From Octopus vulgaris (taxonomy: Eukaryota), in the NCBI GenBank assembly GCA_951406725.2, contig OX597824.1, forward strand, positions 11,098,001 to 11,162,000: a stretch of 64,000 nucleotides of DNA, given 5' to 3'. The notes beneath the pieces were generated by a model. The model made no database searches. It saw only the letters and a program-made list of their open reading frames with translations, and was not told where the DNA came from. Shown here piece after piece: positions 1 to 12,290 of this stretch. Every line of letters begins with the position of its first letter. Position 1 is the first letter of the stretch. A program made the translations under genes and the position numbers.

Positions 1-175
1 GTTTCAGGAATATTTTTTTTATTGAATTTAAAATAACGCCATTATTCTTTTTGTATGCCATAAAGATGGTTATCTTTTTAATGGAGAAATATCAATATGC
101 TTTTTTATTAAAGGTCAACGATAAATATATTCATTCCATGACTCCTGCTTTAATATATATAGTTTTTATTCGCAT

Positions 176-660
<485 letters not shown>

Positions 661-1053
661 CATCCATTTTAACCCCTTGTCCATCCAAAGTATTTTCATA
701 AATTTGTCCCAAATTCCATGCTTGTTTTTAGATTTTAGTTAATTCTAAAGTCCTAATCTACTCTGGTGGTTCTAAAATAATTAGGAACGTGTATCATGTA
801 TGATGTGTGGATGTCAGAGAAATATGTTGTGTGTATCACTTGTGATACACAGGACAGGCAAAGAGTCAAGATAAAGGGTAGAATTTGAAGGAGATTTGGT
901 TGAAATTGTGGTAGGCAGAATGACCATATGGAGGACCCTTTGGTGGTTCATTTGGTTACTCAGCCAACTATTTGTGTACTATATTAGTACTCAGTCAGAA
1001 TGCTCAACCAGAGCTGAGCTGGTGCTACACAACACACAGCAACAACAACAGCA

Positions 1054-1435
1054 GTGGAGGCACAATGGCCCAATGGTTAGGGTAGCGGACTCGTGGTCAG
1101 AGGATCGTGGTTTCGATTCCCATACCGGATGTTGTGTGTGTTTATTGAGCGAAAACACCTAAAGCTCCACGACGCTCCGGCAGGGGGTGGTGGCGACCCC
1201 TGTTGTACTCTTTCGCTCTAACTTTCTCTCACTCTTTCTCCCTGTTTCTTGTCCCCGACTTCCTATGCAACCGCTGAGCCTGGATGCACATTCATCCATC
1301 CGTCGATGCTCTCGGTGTCAGGGGTTCTTCTGCAGGTCTTACGAATAGCAAAGGACCACATTTCAAACTTCTCCCAAAAGGACGAAGACCACTACGCTCA
1401 ACATCAACAACAACAACAACAACAACAACAACAAC
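1054..1435 (+). mobile_element. tRNA-derived SINE family C with (CAA)n tail
   Basis: A/B-box-like head tggcccaatggttag...gtttcgattcc; other copies 47472-47861 (+), 52811-53189 (-), 49243-49596 (-, disrupted); same head with other tails at 12799-13088 and 22960-23253. Confidence 0.88.
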
Positions 1436-1935
1436 CTATATCATCAATATTAATTTCTACAATCAAATGTTATCACTTTGGTTCAACAAACATTTTATTT
1501 TTCATGGAGTTTTACTTACTTAATGTTTTCATACCATCGCATTACATTTACTTGATAACAACACTACGGTTTTACCATTTGCGCTAAATTTTTACCATAT
1601 ATTAGTGATACAAGCATCTCATTTTCATTCTAGAATTTTCCTCTTGGTAATATTCATTAGAATATTATGTGAGAATATTCATAAATCATCAGGAAAGTAT
1701 GAGAGAATATTCATAATGCTACTCAACATTTCCATAACTTAACTATTTCTGACTATAGAAAGTTGAATTGATTGTAGATTATTCACTTGTCCCACATTTT
1801 TTTTCAGATTTCTCTTGCCCCACCTTTGGCCATTCAGTTTGTCCTTTGCACATTAACCCATTTACCATATTTTTTCCGAAATACACTACTTCTGTTTCAA
1901 TTAATTTGGAAAATAATGAAGAATTCAATAATATA

Positions 1936-2165
1936 TATTTCTTTACTACCCACAAGGGGCTAAACATAGAAGGGACAAACAAGGACAGACAAAGGGATTA
2001 AGTCGATTACATCAACCCAGTGTGAAACTGGTACTTTATTTATCGACCCCGAGAGGATGAAAGGCAAAGTCGACCTCGGCAGAATTTGAACTCAGAATGT
2101 AACGACAGACGAAATACTGCTAAGCATTTCGCCCGGTACGCTAATGTTTCTGCCAGCTCGCCACC
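1936..2165 (-). mobile_element. SINE family B monomer (head ggcggcgagctggcagaa, core gcctttcatcctttcggggtcgataaa, tail gtagtaaagaaata)
   Basis: TSD agaattcaataatata; other monomers at 3848-4060, 21284-21511, 34578-34811, 40068-40298, 43259-43489, 44002-44231, each with a visible TSD. Confidence 0.92.
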
Positions 2166-2948
2166 TATAGAATTCAATAATATAACTTAGTCAGTTGGTA
2201 TTTGGAACACAAATTACCATCAAACTTTGAGAGAAGGTTTTTAATTTAGGTTACTTTAAAATAAGAAGTATCACTGACCCATGGTCAGTTTCAGACAGGT
2301 TGATATCAAGAGTTAATCTTTTGTCCAACTTTTGGTCAAGTAGTCTGTGTTTTCCCTCATCTCACTATTGGTTGGCTAGTCTGTTCTTTACACATGAATC
2401 TCTCTCTCTTGTATACCTTTTGGTCTGCTAGTTTGTCCTACATAGACTAATCTTCTTATTGGACCCTGGTCAGTTAGGTTTTCTACCTACTCCCTCCACC
2501 ACTCACTATGAGTTGTCATCTAGGGTCTTTATCAATCTAGAATTTTCTGTAAGTTTTGAGTTCTTCCTTCCATGACAATTGGTTGATTTGATATTTTAAA
2601 GATAAATTTAAAAGAATGCTTCTGTAACTTAATCCCCAACGTTTTAAAAATAATCTTTTAAAAGATAAATATCTCTCTTAACATATAGATAGTGAGAGAA
2701 AGATATGCCTATGTGATATGTGCATATTAAGACGGATACGATATTTTCCTGTTCAACCCTACATAAGCCATGATCAAATGTGTCCCATTTGCAACCAACC
2801 CATTTTTTAATTCAAACAGTAGTGTGTCTTGGACTACATAATCCATTATGCCTTTTTTAAGTGATTTGGTTGCTATTTCTGGTTGGTTGAACCACCACAT
2901 AGAGACCCCTTCATTGTCAGATGTACATGTAACAGAATTATTATATAC

Positions 2949-3364
2949 CTATTTCTTTGCTAACCACAAGGGGCTAAACACAGAGAAGACAAAAAAGGAC
3001 AGACAAATGGATTAGTCGATTACATCAACCCCAGTGCGTAACTGGTACTTATTTAATCGATCCCGGAAGGATGAAAGGCAAAGTCGACCTTGGCGGAATT
3101 TGAACTCAGAACATAATGGCAGACGAAATACCTACTTCTTTACTACCCACAAGGGGCTAAATGCAAAGAGGACAAACAATGACAGACAAACGGATTAAGT
3201 CGATTATATCAACCCCAGTGCGTAACTGGTACTTATTTAATTGACCCTGAAAGGATGAAAGGCAAAGTCGACCTCGGCAGAATTTGAACTCAGAATGTAA
3301 TGGCAGACGAAATACCGTTAAGCATTTTGCTTGGCATGCTAACATTTCTGCCAGCTCACCACCT
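2949..3364 (-). mobile_element. SINE family B dimer
   Basis: One full unit plus one 5'-truncated unit, junction gaaatac|cta at about 3131. Confidence 0.9.
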
Positions 3365-4417
3365 TTCCAATAGGCCTTCTATTGGTTCATTGTATCACTG
3401 GTGGTGAGAGTGGAAAGGGATTGTCTGTATAACTGGAACAGAACAAATACCACACAGGGTGTGCTAATTCAAAGGCATTAGTTTTTCAATTTTGATAATT
3501 ATCTCTGTCCCTCTGCTATCCCCTAACTTCTCACCAGGCTCACAGCCACTTTTCTTGCTTCCATTCCTCTCTTAGCTGAGTGGTCTTTGTCTTACAAGCT
3601 ACCTGGTGACACCAATGGTGCCATACAAAAAGCACCCAGTACACATTAGGAAGGGCATCTAGCCATAGAAACCATGCCAAAACAGACAAATGGAGCCTGG
3701 TGTGGTTTCTGGCCTCACCAGCCCCTGTCAAACAATCCAACCCATGCCTGCATGGAAAATGGATTTTAAATCAAGATGATGTTACATAATGGCACCTCTT
3801 ATGGTTCATTTCACCAAATTTCACTTGTAAGGTATTTAATCAACAAAGGCGATGAGCTGGCAGAAACGTTAGAACGCTGGGCGAAATGCTTAGCAGTATT
3901 TCGTCTGCCGTTACATTCTGAGTTCAAATCCCGCCGAGGTCGACTTTGCCTTTCATCACTTCGGGGTTGATAAATTAAGTACCAGTTAATCGACTTAATC
4001 CGTTTGTCTGTCCTTGTTTGTCCCCTCTGTGTTTAGCCCCTTGTGAGTAGTAAAGAAATAGGTATTTAATCAACATAAGTCTATGGCAGAAGACACTTCC
4101 CCAAGATGTAGGGCTCTGTGATTGAACCTTGGAATCATTTGGTTACAACGCAAACTTCTTAATTATACAGCTATTCCTGAGCAGTGAGTTAAATAGTTGT
4201 TCAGCTGTCATCACTCTTGTGTTAACTGAGCTTGTTCAATTCCTACTTGAGTCATTTCAAATTCCTTTCATGCCCCCACCCTCCTTTTGTGCATTATACC
4301 TTTCTTCCCCCACACTTTCACCCCAACAGCCATCTTCACAAGTCAATCCAAAAGAGAGCAGCAAGCAAAGATAAGCACTAGTTTAATAGTCTGTGACATT
4401 CAGTGCAAAGTTTATAC

Positions 4418-5890
4418 TTAACCCTTTCATTACCAACCCGGCTGAAACCAGCTCTGGCTCTGAGTACAAATGTCTTGTTTTCATAAGTTTTGAATTAAAA
4501 TCTTCCACCAAACCTTAGTCAGAATTTATGTTCCTAACACTAGCTGAATGATAACTAAGTTATTTTACTAAATTCTTTGTTATATTTAAAGTAATAGAAA
4601 GAAACACAGAGCATCTCAACAGAAATATGGTAACTAAAGGGTTAAAGTCACCATGATATTTTTAATGAACCCTTCTGATACCAACCCGCCTTAAACTGCC
4701 TCTGGCTCTGTAGTACAAATGTCTTGTCTTCATAAGTTTTGAATTAAAATCTTCCACCAAACCTTAGTCAGAATTTATGTTCCTAACACTAGCTGAATGA
4801 TAACTAAGTTATTTTACTAAATTCTTTGTTATATTTAAAGTAATAGAAAGAAACACAGAGCATCTCAACAGAAATATGGTAACTAAAGGGTTAAAGTCAC
4901 CATGATATTTTTAATGAACCCTTCTGATACCAACCCGCCTTAAACTGCCTCTGGCTCTGTAGTACAAATGTCTTGTCTTCATAAGTTTTGAATTAAAATA
5001 TTCCACCAAACCTTAGTCAGAATTTATGTTCCTAACACTAGCTGAATGATAACTAAGTTATTTTACTAAATTCTTTGTTATATTTAAAGTAATAGAAAGA
5101 AACACAGAGCATCTCAACAGAAATATGGTAACTAAAGGGTTAAAGTCACCATGATATTTTTAATGAACCCTTCTGATACCAACCCGCCTTAAACTGCCTC
5201 TGGCTCTGTAGTACAAATGTCTTGTCTTCATAAGTTTTGAATTAAAATCTTCCACCAAACCTTAGTCAGAATTTATGTTCCTAACACTAGCTGAATGATA
5301 ACTAAGTTATTTTACTAAATTCTTTGTTATATTTAAAGTAATAGAAAGAAACACAGAGCATCTCAACAGAAATATGGTAACTAAAGGGTTAAAGTCACCA
5401 TGATATTTTTAATGAACCCTTCTGATACCAACCTGCCTTAAACTGCCTCTGGCTCTGTAGTACAAATGTCTTGTCTTCATAAGTTTTGAATTAAAATCTT
5501 CCACCAAACCTTAGTCAGAATTTATGTTCCTAACACTAGCTGAATGATAACTAAGTTATTTTACTAAATTCTTTGTTATATTTAAAGTAATAGAAAGAAA
5601 CACAGAGCATCTCAACAGAAATATGGTAACTAAAGGGTTAAAGTCACCATGATATTTTTAATGAACCCTTCTGATACCAACCCGCCTTAAACTGCCTCTG
5701 GCTCTGTAGTACAAATGTCTTGTCTTCATAAGTTTTGAATTAAAATCTTCCACCAAACCTTAGTCAGAATTTATGTTCCTAACACTAGCTGAATGATAAC
5801 TAAGTTATTTTACTAAATTCTTTGTTAAATTTAAAGTAACTGAAAGAAACACAGAGCATCTCAACAGAAATACAGTAATGAAAGGGTTAA
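4418..5890. repeat. Tandem array of six piggyBac-type (TTAA-CCC...GGG-TTAA) MITE units, period 249 bp
   Basis: Unit-end TTAA (after aaaggg) starts at 4642, 4891, 5140, 5389, 5638, 5887; internal units nearly identical. Confidence 0.95.
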
Positions 5891-6040
5891 ACAGAAGTAT
5901 AGTCTGTTTATACTGTAAATTTAGCAATTTTTTCAGCAGTTTAAGTGACAACAAAACATAGAGGCTTCATCATTGAGTTCATGGGATTTTTGCAATAGAA
6001 AAGAAACCCAAATGAAGCAAAGGTTTTGGTTTGTATTTAT

Positions 6041-6176
6041 CAAATCTGTAAGAACCTGTGGCCTGGGTAACTGCATAGTCCGTATACTATATGGAATATT
6101 TACAGTTCTTTCTTTTTGTAATAAAAACAGGGAAGAAAATGCAACTCAAAACAATCCACTTCGTTCAGCACCATTC
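6041..6176 (-). pseudogene. Decayed exon of a receptor-type protein tyrosine phosphatase (D2-like P-loop to Q-loop exon)
   Basis: Acceptor tttttttaacag, then 136 nt reading x|NGAERSGLF*VAFSSLFLLQKERTVNIPYSIRTMQLPRPQVLTDL. TGA at 6148-6146 where Cys is expected; donor position reads ATAAAT instead of GTAAAT. Confidence 0.7.
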
Positions 6177-6415
6177 CTGTTAAAAAAAAAATTTAAAGAA
6201 TTAAAAATTGGTTGTAAAAAACAAAAACACCCTTAATCTAGCACGGTCCATTGACTCTGCAGTGAGATTTAGAGCAAAGTAGACTCCAGTGAGATTTGAA
6301 CTCCTAATCACAAGATAACACTCTGGATAATGTAAAACCTTCCAGACTTTATTTATCTTCTCTGCTACCTCAATAGATTCAAAAGAATTAGTAATGACAG
6401 ACCAATTACAAATAC

Positions 6416-6547
6416 ATGTGGAACCATTATATTACAAAGAACATCATTTTAGCTGATTGACAACATTTCTGATATGATGTCTGCCACATATTTCCTTGAC
6501 AGGAATTGGTAATTATAGAGAGGAAGAACACATTCCATAAAGGTTAT
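6416..6547 (-). pseudogene. Probable preceding decayed exon of the same PTP pseudogene
   Basis: Acceptor ctctcacttcag, reads ITFMECVLPLYNYQFLSRKYVADIISEMLSIS*NDVLCNIMVPH, donor gtattt. In-frame TAA and a 1-nt phase mismatch; IMV-H falls where PTPs have I(V/L)VHC. Confidence 0.45.
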
Positions 6548-6944
6548 CTGAAGTGAGAGGAAGCAGCAAATAATGGCAAACCAAGTGTAAACACATGCGG
6601 ATACCTGGCTACAGAGAACAAATATCATTCTTGTCTTCAGAAATATACTTTGATAATATCTGTTACACACATATTTCCATTGGGGGAAACTATCACTCAT
6701 TGCTAAGAGTGAATCAACAAAGGAACCTCTACGTGGTTACTTTACATGCTGGAAATACCAGCCAAATGTTACCCAAATTACAGCCTGCTGTTTTTAAAGA
6801 TTAAAGAACATACTGGACAATAGTCTTCGATACACTGTCCGAATAAAAGATGGGATGGTCACAGCTAGAAAACCTTTGATCACAGGTATACTGGATTAAG
6901 ATTGACCTGGGGCTTAGCAAGAACTAGCTGATATTTAACAAATG

Positions 6945-7471
6945 TACTGTAAATCCTAAAGTATAAGTCTGCCCTTGAGTATAATAAGCAGGGGATTTTT
7001 AGGGGGCTGTACCTCTGAAAAACCTAAACCTTGTTTATAATACGCACCCCTTCTCTAACTTGAGTCGTGCGTAATTAAGCCAGCAGCACCTAGTTGAACA
7101 AACACTTCCGTGTATGTGTAATACAATAATGGTGATGTTCTTAACTGTTATATGGGAATGTAAATATGTTTGCAAATTGCTTTTGTTACATGTTATTCTG
7201 TGTTCTGAATACTTTTATTTTAATAAATGTTGCTTACTGCAAGTTAAGGATGACTCTTTTATGACTTCATTGCTTTCAGGCTTAGCTTAAGGTGTTTTCA
7301 TTCCCGACATCACAAAATGCGTCTGAATAAACATTGCCGGACAGCAAATAGAGACGCAGACATTGCTTAGAAAATAATTTTTATTTCTAACCTTATATAT
7401 TGTACGCACTAGGGATTTTGACCTTTAAATTTTGGGGAAAAAATGCGGATTATACTCGAGGATTTACAGTA
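6945..7471. mobile_element. Tc1/pogo-type MITE with TA target
   Basis: Termini TActgtaaatcct..agtataa / ttatactcgaggatttacagTA; second copy 56733-57248; lone terminus at about 10432. Confidence 0.85.
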
Positions 7472-7721
7472 TCTGTTTGCTTTACATTCTTGTTTCTTTC
7501 TAAGTAGAGGTCGGATGAGTAGTTATTGGGGCAATATCGTTACAGCTGGATACTCTTCCTGTCACTAACTCTTATCCTACTTTTACAATCCTTTATTTCA
7601 ATACTTTGAGAGAACAGAGCTTCGGGGTATATTGTTCACTAGGAGTGTAAACATGACAAAACCATTTTTTTTTCACTGAATCCAACATGAGAAATAGAAA
7701 CGACAACTTTCATGCCCTCAT

Positions 7722-7870
7722 GTGCATGTATTTGTGCACATGCCATGCATTTGTGCACATACATGCATTTGTGCACATACATGCATTTGTGCATATACAT
7801 GCATTTATGCACATGTCTGTATTTGTGCACATGCATGCATTTATGCACATGCATGCATTTGTGCACATAC
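7722..7870. repeat. 18-bp minisatellite (atgcatttgtgcacatac)n
   Basis: About 8 degenerate units at the microsatellite position of a family A SINE. Confidence 0.85.
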
Positions 7871-8131
7871 CCACGTACGACAGGCTGCTTCCAGTTAATC
7901 TGCTAAATCTAAATCCATATACAAAGCCTTGATCAGCCCAGAGCTATAGAAGACACTTGCCTCAAAGTGTCACACAATGAGATTGAACCCTAGACCTTAT
8001 TGTTAGTAAGCAAGCTTCTTCTTAACCACCCAGCTATGTTTTGGAATTTATGGCACAGACAAAGAAAGACTTGATTGACATGTTTTGTTTCTCACTAACA
8101 CCCATGCTAGCATGGAAAGCGGACGTTAAAC

Positions 8132-8231
8132 GGTGGTGGTAGTGGTGGTGGTGGTGGTGATGATGGTGATGGTGATGATGATGATGGTGATGATGATGAT
8201 GATGAAGATGATGATAATGATGATGATACTT

Positions 8232-8266
<35 letters not shown>

Positions 8267-8270
8267 GCTG

Positions 8271-8326
<56 letters not shown>

Positions 8327-8340
8327 ACTACTACTACTAC
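8132..8340. repeat. Compound trinucleotide microsatellite (GGT)n(GAT)n(CTA)n(CTG)n
   Basis: Directly visible; follows a SINE tail ending cggacgttaaac. Confidence 0.95.
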
Positions 8341-8579
8341 AACTTCTGACATCGACATGCCGTCTCCTCCCTCTGCCTATAATTTTGCTACAGCATTCAC
8401 ATTTACCCATTAGAGCTGGCTGATCTTTGGCTGCTATTTCTAGGAATTCGAGTAACTATGTAGCAGCTCCTTCTTTTGCTTGAACTATCAATTTTTCTAT
8501 TTAAAAGTTAACACTGATAATGCCCATTGGATGTCTCACATCATTATCATTTTTTTTTTTCTTCTTATTCCCTCTCTAG

Positions 8580-8610
8580 ATTGAATGTCAGCCAAAGCAC
8601 TGAACTGTGA
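8580..8610 (+). CDS. Candidate terminal coding exon (x-LNVSQSTEL*) of a plus-strand gene whose other exons were not found
   Basis: Long polypyrimidine tract plus AG at 8578-8579, short frame to TGA, repeat-free downstream sequence with AATAAA at about 8862-8897. Confidence 0.25.
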
Positions 8611-9196
8611 TAATTTCCTTTCCAGCTTAATTCCATTGATGTATTCCAAGAAACACCTGTTTTGTGGTTGTTTTTCTTTTATTTTTTTCTTTTGTTTTTA
8701 ATCCCAAACTTTGCCAAACTCTGCCAACTTCTGGCATTAACTGATTCCAAAGTAAATTAGGAAGGCATGGTTCTCTTTAAATGTTCCCAGATAACAGAAT
8801 GAAAGATGGAACAACGAAAGATAAAATAAGATGTACTTTCAGTTAGAACTCGTTTGATTCAAATAAATAAGGATAACCTAATTAAATAAATAAATAAGGT
8901 AACCTAATTACATAACAGCTGAGTTAATTCAGGATTAAACTTTTTTTAAATTCTTTGTTCTAATTAAATTAAGCATATGGTCTAGTAGTGTGAAGGTGCA
9001 TGGCTCAGTGGTTAGAGCGTCGAGTTTATGATCGTGAGGTTGTGACCTCGAATCCCGGATCGGGCTGCATGTTGTGTTCTTAAGCAAGACACTTTATTTC
9101 ACGTGGCTCCAGTTCACTCAGCTGTAGAAATGAGTTACGACGTCACAGGTGCCAAGTTGTATCAGCCTTTGCGTTTCCCTTGGATAACACAGGTGG

Positions 9197-9860
9197 TTAA
9201 TTTGTTGAACCTGGAAGGATGAAAGGCAAAGTTGACCTCGGCGGGATTTGAACTCAGAACATAACGGCAGATGAAATACCTATTTCTTTACTACCCACAA
9301 GAGAGGACAGAGAGGACAAACAAGGACAGACAAACGGATTAAGTTGATTATATAAACCCCAGTTAATATAATTTAATTTATCAACCCCGAAAGGATGAAA
9401 GGCAAAGTTGACCTCGGCGGAATTTGAACTCAGAACATAACGGCAGATAAAATACCTATTTCTTTACTACCCACAAGGGACTAAACACAGAGAGGACAAA
9501 CAAGGACAGACAAACGGATTAAGTCGATTATATAAACCCCAGTGCGTAACTGGTACTTAATTTATCGACCCCGAAAGGATGAAAGGCAAAGTCGACCTCG
9601 GCGGAATTTGAACTCAGAACGTAGCGGCAGATAAAATACCTATTTCTTTACTACCCACAAGAGAGGACAAACAAGGACAGACAAACGGATTAAGTCGATT
9701 ATATAAACCCCAGTGCGTAACTGGTACTTAATTTATCAACCCCGAAAGGATGAAAGGCAAAGTCGACCTCGGCGGAATTTGAACTCAGAACATAACGGCA
9801 GATGAAATACGGCTACGCATTTCGCCCGGCGTGCTAACGATTCTGCCAACTTGCTGCTTT
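9197..9860 (-). mobile_element. SINE family B tetramer
   Basis: Four tandem units (leftmost truncated), junctions at about 9280, 9455, 9640. Confidence 0.9.
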
Positions 9861-10022
9861 CCACACAGTTTCTATGTACCAAATTCACTCACAAGGCATT
9901 GGTTAACCTGGAATTATAACAGAAGTCACTGAAGGTGTCACACAGTGGGATTGAACTTAAAACCATGGGGTTGCAAAACAAGCTTCTCAACCACACAGCC
10001 ACTTCTAACTGAAGTTGTAAAG

Positions 10023-10347
10023 CTTTGGGCATCTGATGGTTCTTCTCTATGGATTAAAAAAATGTGATGTTACAGGAAAAACATCTATTTTCTCTCTGGA
10101 GATGTTTCAAAAGGAAAAATCCTTGAGAGTAAGAAAAGAAATATCTGAAATAACATTTTGATATTATGATGAATGAACAAATATAAATTATACAATTTTT
10201 TCCCGAGATTTCTAGACTAGATATTCCTCTATTCTTGGAAAGGTTGGATGATTCTAACCAGCAGTTGAGATGTTTGTGTACATATTTTCTCTCAGACAAT
10301 CTCGGTTAGATGCTTTTGATAATGTCAGCTACTCAAGTGTGATGCAA
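10023..10347 (-). pseudogene. Two further candidate decayed PTP exons (10259-10347 and about 10023-10144)
   Basis: Acceptors cttacag and ttatttcag; first segment ends ...ENMYTNISTA-G|gttaga, loosely like KNRY.NI.P.|D; both contain stops. Tentative. Confidence 0.3.
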
Positions 10348-10529
10348 CTGTAAGTAGAAAACTTAAGTAGCAGCTAACTAAGATAATACCGAGCAAGTTT
10401 GTAAAAGGAAACACCATTGCTTAATAAAAAGTACCGTAAATCCTTGTGTATAATCCGCATTCCAAGCATGGTCTATAATCCGCATTCCAAGCATGGAGAA
10501 GTGAGGATTATAATAACTATAATCTTGAA

Positions 10530-10531
<2 letters not shown>

Positions 10532-10592
<61 letters not shown>

Positions 10593-10790
10593 TGTGTACA
10601 GTGTTCAGGTGCACTACAACTCATCTAAAGTGTATATATAATCAGGTGTAGTTTCGGCGGATTTCGGAAAGCATGAGGGCCTTAAAGGATACAGTCTCAT
10701 GGCAGTCAACAACTGACGCAGGCAGATTATTCCATGCTTCAGCAACTCTGAGCGTGAAAAAATGTTTCCGAAAGTCATGGGAGCTGAGTT
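10532..10790 (-). mobile_element. CR1/L2-type LINE 3' fragment with (ATT)n tail
   Basis: Reverse complement of the 3' end of 44993-45442. Confidence 0.88.
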
Positions 10791-11607
10791 ATACAAATGT
10801 ATTGTTATTTTGTGAGGTGTTGGAAGTGGTAATGCTGTGTTCAAATCCTGTTTGAGCCAGCATTATCAGTAATCCTTCAGGCTTTGTTTTAGTATAAGAT
10901 TCAGCTTATCTTTAGAAGTTATCATATTTAGTTATTTATCATATCATAGTTATCATATTTAGTTATCATATTTCAGTTGAAATACACTGCCTTTGGTTAA
11001 ATTTATTTTGAAAAATAATGCAGACTTTACTAAAATATCTTCGTCGTTATTAAACAAAAGTTTGATACATTAATTAGAATGAAATTTTGACAGAAGCTTT
11101 TAATTAAGTTCATTGTAAAGCAGTAAGTTTGTATCAGAGAACCAGAGATGGGTTCAGGTGGGCTACTCTCTTTTTACTCTTTACTCTTTTACTGGTTTCA
11201 GTCATTTGACTATGGCCATGCTGGAGCACTGCCTTTAGTCGAGCAAATCACCCCCAGGACTTATTCTATCGGTTTCTTTTGCCGAAGGAATTGCAGACAA
11301 AGTTGACAGATGATAATGCAAGCGACACAAAAATTCTGAAAGTTAATATAAAGTCAAAAGAGCTGACATTCTGAAATAATCAGACTATCCTCAACCATCT
11401 GCAATGTGTCCTTCACTGAGAGAGACAATTTCTTTGTTTACACAGCATGTAATAAATGCCTTATGAGTTCCTTGAATTTTTTTCTAGATTATTCTGACAC
11501 TAGCTGCAATGCTATCAGAACATTATCTCCACTACTGATTAGGTTACTTAGTAACAAAAGCTATCAACTGCATCTAAGGAGCTTTTTGGTGATGTAAAAG
11601 ATGTATG

Positions 11608-11640
<33 letters not shown>

Positions 11641-11645
<5 letters not shown>

Positions 11646-12159
11646 AACTTATAAACAAGGGCAAAAGAAAATGATTTCTATGCCAATATGCCGATAACAG
11701 ACTTTTAAATCGTCAATTTCCATGTATTATTATACCCACTACAGAAATACGTTATGCTGAAATTGAGGAAAGCTAGCCAACAGAATTTTCTAAAAAGTTC
11801 GTTATTTCTATATTGAATCAATTTCGGAATTAATCTCATAATAGATTTATTTTCCTCTTCAGTAGAAAATACGAATAGAAATAAATAAAATACTTACATG
11901 CGCCCATGGAAAAAAAAGATGAAGCAAAAGTCATGAGTACATATAAGTACCCCAGATACATCTAAATATAAAATCCTATTATGGGATTAATTCCCAAATT
12001 GATTTAATATAGAAATAACAAACATTTTTAGAAAATTCTGTTGGCTAGCTTTCCTCGATTTCAGCACAACGTATATCGTGGAAATTGATGATTTAAAGTC
12101 TGTTCTCAGTATATTGGCATAGAAATAATTTTCTTTTGCCCTAGTTTATAAGTTGCTTA
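11641..12159. repeat. Fold-back: about 200-bp imperfect inverted arms around a 115-bp spacer, beside (TA)n
   Basis: E.g. gaggaaagctagccaacagaattttctaaaaa versus tttttagaaaattctgttggctagctttcctc. Confidence 0.9.
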
Positions 12160-12249
12160 TAATTTTAACCTTTAAAGGTATTTTAATAGGCTGCCACTTT
12201 GCTTTTGATGAAATTTTTTTCTGTAAAAAAACTTCATCCTATATTAGTA

Positions 12250-12290
<41 letters not shown>

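Noticed and set aside
4418-5890. CRISPR-like regular array
   Set aside because: Whole 249-bp units repeat with identical spacers; eukaryotic MITE tandem; no cas genes.
6146-6148. TGA at a Cys position as selenocysteine
   Set aside because: Dead donor and other stops nearby indicate decay; no SECIS found.
8107-8423. Poly-V/S/L/M ORFs
   Set aside because: Trinucleotide microsatellite.
6503-10349. Plus-strand exon chain (ELVIIERK..., KNIYFLSG..., QSRLDAF...) with plausible splice sites
   Set aside because: No recognisable protein, needs an implausibly short intron, and overlaps the better-supported minus-strand PTP relic.
11285-11600. Further PTP active-site-like text (HC..DG*G*SDYF) on the minus strand
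   Set aside because: Needs a frameshift and several stops; not distinguishable from chance by eye.
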